Positions 1 through 9,108 of a DNA stretch of 64,000 bases are shown piece after piece. The notes below the pieces were generated by a model that worked only from the letters and a program-made list of their open reading frames with translations, had not been told where the DNA came from and did no database searches. Within the stretch, counting starts at the first letter, position 1. Every line of letters begins with the position of its first letter. A program made the translations under genes and the position numbers. The stretch comes from a virus. Taxonomy: Duplodnaviria > Heunggongvirae > Uroviricota > Caudoviricetes. Where the stretch lies: IMG/VR virus record IMGVR_UViG_3300033121_001335, positions 1-64,000 of that record. One strand, given 5' to 3'.

Positions 1-398
1 ACTGTTGCAGCTAATATATCATCTCTTGTTGGATTGGCACCCAATGTAAGACATGGTGTTGCAACAGTGAATGTTGTTGATATTTCATCCTGTAAGTCTT
101 GTACCAGCGTTCTTAGTGTACAATTAGCAGTGATGAGCATCTGCATTAAATTGGCTAGATTTTTATCATCACCATTTAATATATCGGTGAGAAAATCACA
201 ACCTATAGTTACAGCAGACAGGTCCACTCCTGTTCCATCAGCAAGCTCTTGTAATTTTTCTAAAACAATAACCTCTATTTCATATAAGCTGTCTCCATTG
301 CATATTCCAAGAACTGGAATATCAACCCCTGTGTATTCCACACACTTATCACTTGTTCTTATTCCATTACAATTATTTAAACAATCAGTACATGCCAT
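1..398 (-). CDS. hypothetical protein, 5' partial in window (gene runs off the window start). N-terminus MACTDCLNNC..., paralogous to the next ORF.
   Basis: Hand translation of the minus strand gives an uninterrupted protein-like frame starting at the ATG at 396-398 and continuing beyond position 1. It shares an N-terminal C-T-D-C motif with ORF 416-946. Confidence 0.45.
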   Translation of the reverse strand, partial: MACTDCLNNCNGIRTSDKCVEYTGVDIPVLGICNGDSLYEIEVIVLEKLQELADGTGVDLSAVTIGCDFLTDILNGDDKNLANLMQMLITANCTLRTLVQDLQDEISTTFTVATPCLTLGANPTRDDILAAT

Positions 399-415
399 GT
401 TATTAATTAATTTTT

Positions 416-946
416 TTAGCTACAAAGACCCCCTTGTATTATGTTTATATTATCACCTGTTATATTGTCCTCTAAGACACATATAGTTAAAATCTCATTA
501 TCCTCTAATATGACACTATGCTCTTCTCCAGCACAGTCTGTATATTCAACCAATGGTTCAGCACTAGAACCCTGAGCAAACACTGTATATGTGTAACAGT
601 TTTCAGTAGGTAATATTGTAGTGGTTGTAGTGGTTGGGTCAGAGAAATCTTCACACGGACACTTCGGACAATCGTTATATTTATACAGCAATCTTGTGCC
701 TATTGTTATTATTTGCTGATTAGTTATACAGTCCTCAGGATATTTTTGATTGTAGAGTCTTTTAAATAAAATCCTTTTTAATCTGAGAAGTGTACTATAT
801 TGTACGTCATCAAAATATGCGTCTGTATTATATGTAGCACCAATCCACTTACTTTTAATTAGTTGATATATAGAACATTGCACCTGATTATACAGGCTCA
901 TCAGGGAACCACAATCTGTACATTGTTCTATTTGTGATGTTTGCAT
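416..946 (-). CDS. hypothetical Cys-rich protein (CTDC N-terminal motif, Thr run). Possibly a virion or tail-associated protein.
   Basis: 176-aa ORF co-oriented with the structural block. Its N-terminal QCTDCGS resembles the downstream paralog. Confidence 0.4.
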   Translation of the reverse strand: MQTSQIEQCTDCGSLMSLYNQVQCSIYQLIKSKWIGATYNTDAYFDDVQYSTLLRLKRILFKRLYNQKYPEDCITNQQIITIGTRLLYKYNDCPKCPCEDFSDPTTTTTTILPTENCYTYTVFAQGSSAEPLVEYTDCAGEEHSVILEDNEILTICVLEDNITGDNINIIQGGLCS

Positions 947-1049
947 TTATTTCTTTTTTCCAGCGCAGAGCTTACATTCACCATTTACAGTGTTGCATTT
1001 TTTTACCTTATTACCGCAAGTGATGCATCTGGTTTGTGAACAAGACATT

Positions 1050-1589
1050 TTAATTACATTTAGGATTAAATCTATTCAATAGTGTATTGGCCTTATTATA
1101 TAATTGAACAGCCAATTCTATTGAGCATCTGTTGGCCGCAGATATAGCTCCTTGTATATAATATTCTATCTCATCTAGAGTCATTTTTTGATTCCTTTTT
1201 AATTGCCCATCGCAAGAAAACATCTGAAGATTTAAAAACTTCTCATCGAATTTAGCGTAAATCCCATCCACCCTAAAAAACGTATTTGTCACATTCCATT
1301 TATATGCTGGGGAAATAGAATATTTTAATGTGTACACCCCATCTGGTATATCAACCAAATCACATGTATCTACATCACATGTAATTCCTAAATCATTAGA
1401 ATTATATATATTGATGGTACGCTCTGTAAACGTAAGAGTTTTTACACCATATCCGGGTATTGTTATCTGCACTGTTGGATTAACAATATTATACCCTGTG
1501 GGGTAAAAACTGGAATCTCCAATAACCAAAAGCTTCTTATTATGGCTATCAAATATAGTAAGATTGAGTATAGGAGTGGTTGCTGCCAT
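1050..1589 (-). CDS. hypothetical protein
   Basis: 179-aa ORF whose start overlaps the stop of the amidase gene (ATGA at 1589). Same strand as its neighbours. Confidence 0.4.
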   Translation of the reverse strand: MAATTPILNLTIFDSHNKKLLVIGDSSFYPTGYNIVNPTVQITIPGYGVKTLTFTERTINIYNSNDLGITCDVDTCDLVDIPDGVYTLKYSISPAYKWNVTNTFFRVDGIYAKFDEKFLNLQMFSCDGQLKRNQKMTLDEIEYYIQGAISAANRCSIELAVQLYNKANTLLNRFNPKCN

Positions 1590-2140
1590 TAAGGAATAAT
1601 TTGTTCATACTTAAGTAATACCAAAGCATGAGCTCTGGCTAATTCGTTCTTTTTAGCATTATATCTTTTTAAATCTTCATCATTAGTGATGAATCCGATT
1701 TCATGCAATACCACTATGCCCTTTTCACTCATTAATGCTAATTTTTTATGTCTGGTTTGGGCTTCTGAAAGCACCCCCCTGTTTCTAATACCAAGGATAG
1801 ATGCTGTAGTGGCTGAGAGTTCTTTAGCACAAGCTAAGTCAAGTCTGTCTGCATCCACTTCCACCAGAGTTTCTGTCCCTGTAGCTGTTGGCGGTCCGGC
1901 ATTAAAATGATATTCACAAACAACAGAACCATCCCCTGTTTGTATTCTGTTTACATATTGAGAGAGTGTTTCTGCATCACTGTCTAGTTTATGAGGCACT
2001 CCTAATAATGTTAATTGTCTGCTAACCAAGTCTCTAAACTCTATTGTTAAAATGCCCTCTTGAACTCCATCTTTATTTACTGCTCCGGGGTCTTTAGCTC
2101 CCGGATGTTTGGCGTGGTGTCCAGCTGATAGAAATATCAT
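1589..2140 (-). CDS. N-acetylmuramoyl-L-alanine amidase (Amidase_3-like endolysin)
   Basis: The N-terminal MIFLSAGHHAKHPGAKDPGAV matches the zinc-amidase signature (xDxGHGGxDPGA). It is adjacent to a small membrane protein. Confidence 0.7.
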   Translation of the reverse strand: MIFLSAGHHAKHPGAKDPGAVNKDGVQEGILTIEFRDLVSRQLTLLGVPHKLDSDAETLSQYVNRIQTGDGSVVCEYHFNAGPPTATGTETLVEVDADRLDLACAKELSATTASILGIRNRGVLSEAQTRHKKLALMSEKGIVVLHEIGFITNDEDLKRYNAKKNELARAHALVLLKYEQIIP

Positions 2141-2159
2141 ATTATTGATTTTTAATGGT

Positions 2160-2531
2160 TTATATATCTGTGCCTAGATTCTCACCCTCTTTATTAATTA
2201 TAGGATTGTTAGAGACTCCCGCATCTCCATATATAGAAGATACCTTGGTGTATTTCTGCACTACAATTTTGGTGAGGCCCTCAGCTGTAATAAAACCTAG
2301 TCCCCCCAACATCACCCATTTGTCTGTTTCTAATATATCAGATAATAAAGACACCAATAATGGATTTACAGAACCCTTAGGTGTAAATAATATTAAATAG
2401 AATACAAAAAAGGTTACTAAAAAGGCTGTTACAACAAAATGAAACACTAGAAATAGTGTTACAAACCTCTTAGCAGATGCGTCAGTGTTTGGATTTATTA
2501 TATCCTTTAAATATTGTTTTATAGTGGCCAT
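2160..2531 (-). CDS. putative holin or small membrane protein
   Basis: 123 aa with a strongly hydrophobic segment, FVTLFLVFHFVVTAFLVTFFVFYLILF. It lies immediately upstream of the amidase. Confidence 0.4.
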   Translation of the reverse strand: MATIKQYLKDIINPNTDASAKRFVTLFLVFHFVVTAFLVTFFVFYLILFTPKGSVNPLLVSLLSDILETDKWVMLGGLGFITAEGLTKIVVQKYTKVSSIYGDAGVSNNPIINKEGENLGTDI

Positions 2532-2540
2532 ATAATATTA

Positions 2541-2600
2541 ATCCAAAAAGAAACCCGAAAGGATTTGGAATAACATCCTTTCCTTTCGGGTTATTATTTT
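2541..2600 (-). terminator. hairpin terminator candidate for the minus-strand structural operon
   Basis: Inverted repeat cccgaaagg...cctttcggg followed, on the minus strand, by a T run (tttcttttt). It sits just after the 2616-3752 gene. Confidence 0.45.
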
Positions 2601-2615
2601 ATACTTTCTTCTTTT

Positions 2616-3752
2616 TTATGGAAGCAAAGTAGTTGTTGAAGTTGTGCTACTTGTTGAGCTGGTGCTAGTTGAAGTTGTGGTGGTATTTACCGGACCGCTT
2701 TCATCCACTGGAGCACCCAAATATGGTGTTAACACTGCTACTAATCCTGCTGTCAGAGACTGAGGTGTATATATAATCACCCTTTCATCTTGCTTTAGAT
2801 TGGCTGTAAAGCTATCATCCTGTTCAGCTTCATCAAATTGAAGAACTAGTTGGTCATATGTAGTACCATCTGTAACCCAATCTTCGAATTGTTGGTTGTA
2901 TTCAGACAGGCGGAATAGATGTTTGTAGGCAGCTTGATAACTGTAATAATTAACCTGCTCCTGATATACCTGTGCTGATGTGCCTCTTGGATATGTGCTT
3001 CTTTGTGTTAGAGTTGCTGTTGCAGCCTGCTCACACCTGTCGTACACCAAGAAATCTACTGAGGTGTCGGGATTTGCATAAACCCAGCCTCTGAAATAAA
3101 TCCTATCATATTCAAAAGGATTTAAAGCAATGTCACAGAACTTACCATATGCTGTAATAGGCTTGCTTTCTACCACCAGAATCGCATCATCACCAGTACC
3201 CTGCTTAGAGAAGGTGAAGAATGTACTTATAGTGAGAGAGTTTGGCTCATTCTGCACTGCTGCTTCTTGAGCAATTTTTTCTAGGAATAAATCAATCAAA
3301 TCCTCATTTGCAACAGCTGCACAAGGACTTTCTCCACAATCACAACATGGAGTTTGGATTGTTACACTTCTGGTGAAACCATTAAAAGAGATGGTGTCCA
3401 GATATTGAGAGTGACCCCTCAGTGTTAGAGTGATGGACTGGTCACACTGAGCCGTAAAATCTGAAAACTGCCAGATTTCATTGGCTGCTGTGGGAGCGCC
3501 TGTCACCTTATACCATTTTTTTACTTTAGAAGCTTTTATATAATCGGACTTCTTTGTACCCAAATACGAATCGGGCCTACCCTGTCCAAATTCTATAAAA
3601 CTTGCAGTGCTGATATTACCTGCTGTAGCGGCTGTCCAGCTCCTATCTTTAAATACACCAAATTGACCATTGGTAAGGTCTTCAGTAGAACCTGATGTAG
3701 GCAATGAGTTATCAACAGGAACGACAAACAAGGCGGTTAGAGAAAAATCCAT
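2616..3752 (-). CDS. putative virion structural protein with a Ser/Thr-rich C-terminal tail
   Basis: 378 aa ending TTTTSTSTSSTSSTTSTTTLLP. A hairpin terminator follows. It lies in the morphogenesis block. Confidence 0.4.
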   Translation of the reverse strand: MDFSLTALFVVPVDNSLPTSGSTEDLTNGQFGVFKDRSWTAATAGNISTASFIEFGQGRPDSYLGTKKSDYIKASKVKKWYKVTGAPTAANEIWQFSDFTAQCDQSITLTLRGHSQYLDTISFNGFTRSVTIQTPCCDCGESPCAAVANEDLIDLFLEKIAQEAAVQNEPNSLTISTFFTFSKQGTGDDAILVVESKPITAYGKFCDIALNPFEYDRIYFRGWVYANPDTSVDFLVYDRCEQAATATLTQRSTYPRGTSAQVYQEQVNYYSYQAAYKHLFRLSEYNQQFEDWVTDGTTYDQLVLQFDEAEQDDSFTANLKQDERVIIYTPQSLTAGLVAVLTPYLGAPVDESGPVNTTTTSTSTSSTSSTTSTTTLLP

Positions 3753-3772
3753 ATTACTTTATTATTTTTGTG

Positions 3773-4501
3773 TTATTCGTTATTTTTTGTTCTTTTATCA
3801 GCATAAACAACTGCTGAGTTATTTTCTGTATACATAGCTAGATTTTCTGTAGCTATATCTAATAGCTCGTCTTCTAAATATTCTTCTAGCTCACAATTGA
3901 CAGTGGTGCTATCTGTACCATCAAATTTTACATACCCCTCTAAATCTATCTCGATAGGATACCTTATATATGTTAGGTAGATGTTTTTCGGTGTAAATGT
4001 ACCATCTGTGTAATAATGCAATTCATCCGAAGCTATGTCTACTAACACCTCTTGGTATTCAAAAGAGGGTTTGTAATTATTATTGAGGAGAAGTGTAGTG
4101 ATGTCAGCATGTTTAACTAAATCACCATTTGAATATAAAATCCTATTCTTACAATCTCCTTTATCAGCTATCATGTAACTATCCAAATAAAACATAAATT
4201 TGGGGGATACACTTGTAATGTCTGTAGTCCACCTATTTAGATATTTATCGGATAATGTTAAGGATAATTTATGGTCTTCTGGATTTTCTACAAGAAACTG
4301 TAAATCTTGATACCTCTTTTTAAATCCATCTAAACCTATTTTATATAAATTATTCCCATCAACCTTTTGCTTTATCAGCTTTATCTGTGCTTCACATAGG
4401 GCCAGCACTTTGTCCTCCACCGGAATCTGTTGATGTTCGTTAGTAGAGAGTTTATTAAGTCTTTGGTCTAGTTTATATGACAGTCTCTCTGCTAATATCA
4501 T
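3773..4501 (-). CDS. hypothetical structural-module protein
   Basis: 242-aa ORF. Its stop and start overlap the upstream gene (ATGA at 4501). Confidence 0.4.
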   Translation of the reverse strand: MILAERLSYKLDQRLNKLSTNEHQQIPVEDKVLALCEAQIKLIKQKVDGNNLYKIGLDGFKKRYQDLQFLVENPEDHKLSLTLSDKYLNRWTTDITSVSPKFMFYLDSYMIADKGDCKNRILYSNGDLVKHADITTLLLNNNYKPSFEYQEVLVDIASDELHYYTDGTFTPKNIYLTYIRYPIEIDLEGYVKFDGTDSTTVNCELEEYLEDELLDIATENLAMYTENNSAVVYADKRTKNNE

Positions 4502-5451
4502 TATGCCATTGCTATTTTCTTCTGTTTAAGTCTGGATTTAAGGGCCAATAACTCTTTTTGATTATTATCGTCTAAAAGGAAATTAACTAAATCCTCCTTT
4601 GAGGCAGCCACTGTTTCTGTACCCTCTTGTATCTTATCACCAGCTCCCTTTCTGTATATGTTATGTCTTATAGCCTGTTCAATTAAATCCCTCACTTCAA
4701 GCCTATCATCTGTTAATTTAACTAAGTCGTTAAATACAGCCAGAGTTGAGAGGTTTTTATATTCACCAGACTCGAATTCTGGTTTTTTAAGTGTGCTATC
4801 CATCAAATTGTATACAGCTTCTTCTGTACTATCATCTGATATTGGAAGCCCCATCAGTCTTGCCACTTGCTTTTGTTTGCTCGGTGTGAGATTTTCAAAC
4901 GTAACAATGGCTTGGTTAATCTGTTTTTTCTTAGAGAAAAGAGCTTTGTTTTCAGCCTCTTCGTTTGCCAAATAATATTGGCATTCTGGACAACCACCAC
5001 GATTAAAGTCTTCTAAAGAACGGGCTATATCAGGATGAACTCTAAGCCAGCAATATGTTAAAAGAGCTAATGAGTCAGTTTCTGTGTGTAGAATAAAAGG
5101 CTCATTTCCTAAAGGAACGTGAGACACCTTAATATCACTGTCTGAGAAAGCATTCCACACCTTACTCCTTGGGCCAAAATCAGTGTCTGGAAACACCTCT
5201 TTGAGTTTTTTAAGAGTTTCGTCAATAAATTTAAACTCCGCATCTCTTTCCTCTTTTGTTAGCTTGGAGAGATAGGGTGCCGATTTATCCAGCCCTGTTC
5301 TATATCTACCGTCAGCTTCTACCTTAGGCATTAAATACCTTTTAGTACCCGGACTTCTTGCATATCCTTTATCAGATAGGGAACTTTCTAGAGTTTTAAA
5401 TCCCGCATTATAAGTTTTCCTAATTGGACTGATTTTGATGCTCTTGGCCAT
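4501..5451 (-). CDS. hypothetical structural-module protein
   Basis: 316-aa ORF between the putative capsid gene and downstream structural ORFs. Confidence 0.4.
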   Translation of the reverse strand: MAKSIKISPIRKTYNAGFKTLESSLSDKGYARSPGTKRYLMPKVEADGRYRTGLDKSAPYLSKLTKEERDAEFKFIDETLKKLKEVFPDTDFGPRSKVWNAFSDSDIKVSHVPLGNEPFILHTETDSLALLTYCWLRVHPDIARSLEDFNRGGCPECQYYLANEEAENKALFSKKKQINQAIVTFENLTPSKQKQVARLMGLPISDDSTEEAVYNLMDSTLKKPEFESGEYKNLSTLAVFNDLVKLTDDRLEVRDLIEQAIRHNIYRKGAGDKIQEGTETVAASKEDLVNFLLDDNNQKELLALKSRLKQKKIAMA

Positions 5452-5618
5452 AAGAATTATTTAGTTATTTATTGGTTTTAGAGAATAACTGCCATCGAAG
5501 GCCACGCCTAAAACGAATTATTCTTATTTAAATTTGGGGGCTAATGGCTAGGTAGGAACTTGCTTTTCGCCCCCGGTAGGTCTATTTAATATTCAGCAGT
5601 ACAATCCCGCTGACGCTA

Positions 5619-7178
5619 TTACCAGAACGGTATTTCTTCAATCAACACTGTACGAGACATATCTTCGATGAATACATCACACCTGTCATCCATAAATATG
5701 GTGTAAGCATCCATTTTGTTGGCGGCAGAGTGGCCCTGAGATGCCATAGCACCGAGGTGACTTCTACGACCATCAATATACCCCCATGTCATGTTAGGGC
5801 GGCCCTGTCTCCTCACCTCTCTGATGTTATTAACCAGCTGTCCATCGGAAGTTGGGCTTACATCAAATACGATGAAGATTGGAGTGGATTTTTTGTTTTG
5901 ACCAAACTCCAAATTAGTTTGAGGCAGGTCAAGCTCTGTCAGGTGAATCAGGCTTACAACACCAGTTTCACGGGTAACGAAGCTATCAAAAGCGTAGTCA
6001 AGACGTAAGTTTTGACCTTTTCCTGAAATGAATTTATCGTTATCGCCCACAGTGAAATTCAATCCTGAAGCCAAAGCATCAATTTTAACGGCTTGTTGGA
6101 AAGCATCAAAACCTGCTTCATTTGTATATAGTTTAACCTTGCGGTCTCCCATATTCACCCTACGATAGAACAGGTCTCCGAACACTGTACGCAATAGATT
6201 CACAGAGAATTCACCACGATTGTAAGGAACATAATTACCTGATTTTCTCATACGGTGTACGATACCAGCAGAGATTTTCTTCAGCTCTTGCTTAGAGCCA
6301 TTGGTACGACCAAAGCCCGGTTTAGCAAAGAACATACGATTCACTTTCAATTCCAACATCTCTTTACGCATGAGAAACTCAATAAATGGCTCCCATTTAA
6401 TGTCTGAACGAGATTGGATTTGACCATTACGCACATTAGCGTAATATATAATATCCATTGGGTTACCCCATATATCTTTCTTGCCGTTGGCGATACGCTT
6501 GTCATCAGCCCAACCTGTAATTGTGTGTTCTTTAGAATATCCAGAACCAAGAGTTTCGAACATTTCGAGTCTCTCAGCCAGTCTATCCAGACCCAATAAG
6601 TCTTGGTCAAATTCACCAATAGAGGCGTTAATCACTTCAACCTCTACACCCGGAACAAACCGAGAGCGGTCAACGCTATCCACTGTAGGATTAGCAGAAA
6701 CCAATGTGGCCCTATTCAACCAGCCTGAGTTATATGGAGTTGGGTCAGATGTTAAGAGGATTTGCTGACCATGAATCCTAGAACCCATACTAACGATGGC
6801 ATTCTTAGAGATTTTAGTATCAAACACCACCTCAAATTCTTTACCATCAATACCAATATTAGTTTGGTCAAGAGTGGATTGAGGAACATCTATAATCACC
6901 GGGAACATGTATGGTTTCTCAATCTCCCAACGCCATGTATCACTCATCCCATCCAAATAATAAGGAGTGGATTTGTCTAACATTTGCAGGAAGTCGTTTT
7001 TATACAATGATGTCTGGGTGTATAAAGATATGATTTTCTTATCATAATCCGAAGGAGTGTCCCTGTGGAAACTTTCTAAGTGATTACTATCAGTAAGTTT
7101 ACCGATAGCACGTTTATCCATTTGGGAAATTCTACCTGCGTATAAACCAGTAAATCCCGGTAAAAACTGTTGAGCCAT
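5619..7178 (-). CDS. putative major capsid protein (assigned by position only)
   Basis: 519-aa ORF directly downstream of the acidic scaffold-like gene, in the order terminase, portal, scaffold, capsid. A weak GC hairpin follows. No motif was recognised. Confidence 0.35.
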   Translation of the reverse strand: MAQQFLPGFTGLYAGRISQMDKRAIGKLTDSNHLESFHRDTPSDYDKKIISLYTQTSLYKNDFLQMLDKSTPYYLDGMSDTWRWEIEKPYMFPVIIDVPQSTLDQTNIGIDGKEFEVVFDTKISKNAIVSMGSRIHGQQILLTSDPTPYNSGWLNRATLVSANPTVDSVDRSRFVPGVEVEVINASIGEFDQDLLGLDRLAERLEMFETLGSGYSKEHTITGWADDKRIANGKKDIWGNPMDIIYYANVRNGQIQSRSDIKWEPFIEFLMRKEMLELKVNRMFFAKPGFGRTNGSKQELKKISAGIVHRMRKSGNYVPYNRGEFSVNLLRTVFGDLFYRRVNMGDRKVKLYTNEAGFDAFQQAVKIDALASGLNFTVGDNDKFISGKGQNLRLDYAFDSFVTRETGVVSLIHLTELDLPQTNLEFGQNKKSTPIFIVFDVSPTSDGQLVNNIREVRRQGRPNMTWGYIDGRRSHLGAMASQGHSAANKMDAYTIFMDDRCDVFIEDMSRTVLIEEIPFW

Positions 7179-7203
7179 ATTATTTGTAAATTTTTATTAA
7201 ATT

Positions 7204-8451
7204 TTATAGATTCCAAGGAGCAGGGGCTGCTTTTTGTTTTGTAGCCTGCTTAGTCTTTTTTGTAGCGAATTCTGAAAACAGCTCTGAAGATTCTTTACTC
7301 ACTGCTTTCTTTTGCACTTTTGACAGGTCTAAATTGTTTTGAAACAATAATCCTGCTTTTATCTTTAGTGCGTGGTTTTCTGGTTTATTCAGCTCTAAAA
7401 CGAATTTATCAAAATCCGTAAATTTTTTACCGTCCTTGCCTTGCCATTTCTTATTATATAGAAAGTCGAAGGCTTTCTGAGCCGTTTGTTCTGAGACGGG
7501 AATACCATCAAATTCTTTAGCCTGTATTTTTTCAGAAAGGATTTTAACTAAGGAGTTTTTATATTGTATGTCCTTTTGTTTCTCTCCTTCTATTTCTGCT
7601 GCTTTCCTATCCTCTTGGTCCTTCAAAGCTTTTTTATCCTGACTAATTAAAAGCGGAAGAGCTTCTTCTGCATCAGCCTGTAATTCTGAAATATCTTTTA
7701 ATTTCTGTATTCTTCCAGCAATCTTGTCTTCTGGAACCCCACTTCTTCTATACCACTCTGAAACTATTCGTTCTTGATTGGCTTCTGTATCTGTTGTAAG
7801 GGATTCGAAATCTTCTATCCTATTATACACTGGAAGATACTCTTTAGGGTCAACCCCCTTATTAAATATGGCATCGAATAGCTCTTGTCTGTCTTCACCA
7901 AATTTGGAAAGGTGATTGTCCAGCATAGCAAACATATCTCTCTGCTTCTGGTATTCGAAAAGCTTTTTAAATTCTTCTGGAGTTTTAGCTGTATGAACAA
8001 CCTCTTCCCCTGTTTCTGGGTCTACATCTGCTGTAAATACACCAGCTTGGTAAAGAGATTTTGAAAGAATTTCGAACTGAGACTTATCATCGTCAGTGCC
8101 TTCGTCATCATCTTCATTCTCCTCATTTTCTTCTTCCTCGTCTTCAGGCTTTTCTTCTTTTCCTCCTTCACCAACCTTCTTTTTTTCACCAAAGAGATGT
8201 TCAGAAGGGTCTGTTATTTCTTCTTCATCAGCCTTCTCTTCTGTTTTTGCTTTGGGAGGAGGGGTTTGAGTTTTGGCTTTGGCCTTGGCTTTTTCTTCTG
8301 CTAATTTGTTAGCAGCAGCCTCAGCATCAGCTTTTTCTTTTACCTTCTTTACATCCTCTAATTCATTTGGGTCAGTGTCTGCAAATAGTACATCATTAAC
8401 CCTATTGGATTCAGAGAATTCGTCCTCGATTCCGAAGAAATTATCCGCCAT
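7204..8451 (-). CDS. putative scaffolding protein
   Basis: 415 aa, highly acidic and Lys-rich with low-complexity runs (EEKAKAKAKTQTPPPKAK, EEEENEENEDDDEGTDDD). It sits between the portal and the putative capsid gene. Confidence 0.5.
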   Translation of the reverse strand: MADNFFGIEDEFSESNRVNDVLFADTDPNELEDVKKVKEKADAEAAANKLAEEKAKAKAKTQTPPPKAKTEEKADEEEITDPSEHLFGEKKKVGEGGKEEKPEDEEEENEENEDDDEGTDDDKSQFEILSKSLYQAGVFTADVDPETGEEVVHTAKTPEEFKKLFEYQKQRDMFAMLDNHLSKFGEDRQELFDAIFNKGVDPKEYLPVYNRIEDFESLTTDTEANQERIVSEWYRRSGVPEDKIAGRIQKLKDISELQADAEEALPLLISQDKKALKDQEDRKAAEIEGEKQKDIQYKNSLVKILSEKIQAKEFDGIPVSEQTAQKAFDFLYNKKWQGKDGKKFTDFDKFVLELNKPENHALKIKAGLLFQNNLDLSKVQKKAVSKESSELFSEFATKKTKQATKQKAAPAPWNL

Positions 8452-8556
8452 AAAAAATATTTAGTTTGATTGGTTTTTGTATTCTGGGTGTAAAATTATA
8501 TAGACAATTTCACAATTCCAAGAGAACAGCCCTCTATTTAATTGGTTGTTAAGCTA

Positions 8557-9105
8557 TTATAGCATTAAGTTAGATTTTTCCTTTTCATTAAAAAATTTAA
8601 ATGCTCTTGTTTTACATTTATCAGAGAAATCAAAGTCTTTTACAGTGACACCGAAATCTAAATATTTAGTGGCAAGGGCCCTCTTAATTGCATTCCTAGT
8701 CACCTTTTTCTTTATATCCTCCCAAGACACATCTTCTAAATGAGAAGATATTCTGGTTGACATACTATCCATCATATTAGATGGGGCATCATTATTATCT
8801 ACCAAAAATTTTTTCAGGTCATGTATTTCATACGTCACTACACCGGCGATGGAAATTGTTTCTCCATCTAATGTTGTGATTGTCAATGGTTTAGATTCCA
8901 TTGTCTCTTCTTTAACATTCCATGTTAATGGGTATTCTACAATTGGCCATTTAAGGTGGGTTCCGGCTTTTAGGGTGCGATGGTATACACCAAATCTTAA
9001 GACTATAGCCTCTGAGTAATGATTAACCACTACCCAAGGCTTAATGTAGTCTGATAATTGGTCTATAGTTTTTGTTATCCACTCTCCAAATCCCTCTAGT
9101 CCCAT
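8557..9105 (-). CDS. hypothetical head-morphogenesis protein
   Basis: 182-aa ORF between the portal and scaffold genes. Confidence 0.35.
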   Translation of the reverse strand: MGLEGFGEWITKTIDQLSDYIKPWVVVNHYSEAIVLRFGVYHRTLKAGTHLKWPIVEYPLTWNVKEETMESKPLTITTLDGETISIAGVVTYEIHDLKKFLVDNNDAPSNMMDSMSTRISSHLEDVSWEDIKKKVTRNAIKRALATKYLDFGVTVKDFDFSDKCKTRAFKFFNEKEKSNLML

Positions 9106-9108
9106 TGT

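Noticed and set aside
34-486. 150-aa plus-strand ORF at the window start
   Set aside because: Its translation is low-complexity and Ser/Leu-rich. It lies antisense to a much more protein-like minus-strand frame (1-398) that continues the co-oriented structural block. Treated as a shadow ORF.
1686-1910. Plus-strand ORFs nested antisense inside larger minus-strand genes. Also 4658-4975, 5730-6008, 6414-6768, 8061-8464, 9472-9729, 9932-10264 and 11170-11412.
   Set aside because: All lie entirely within longer, motif-bearing genes on the opposite strand and have low-complexity translations. Shadow ORFs.
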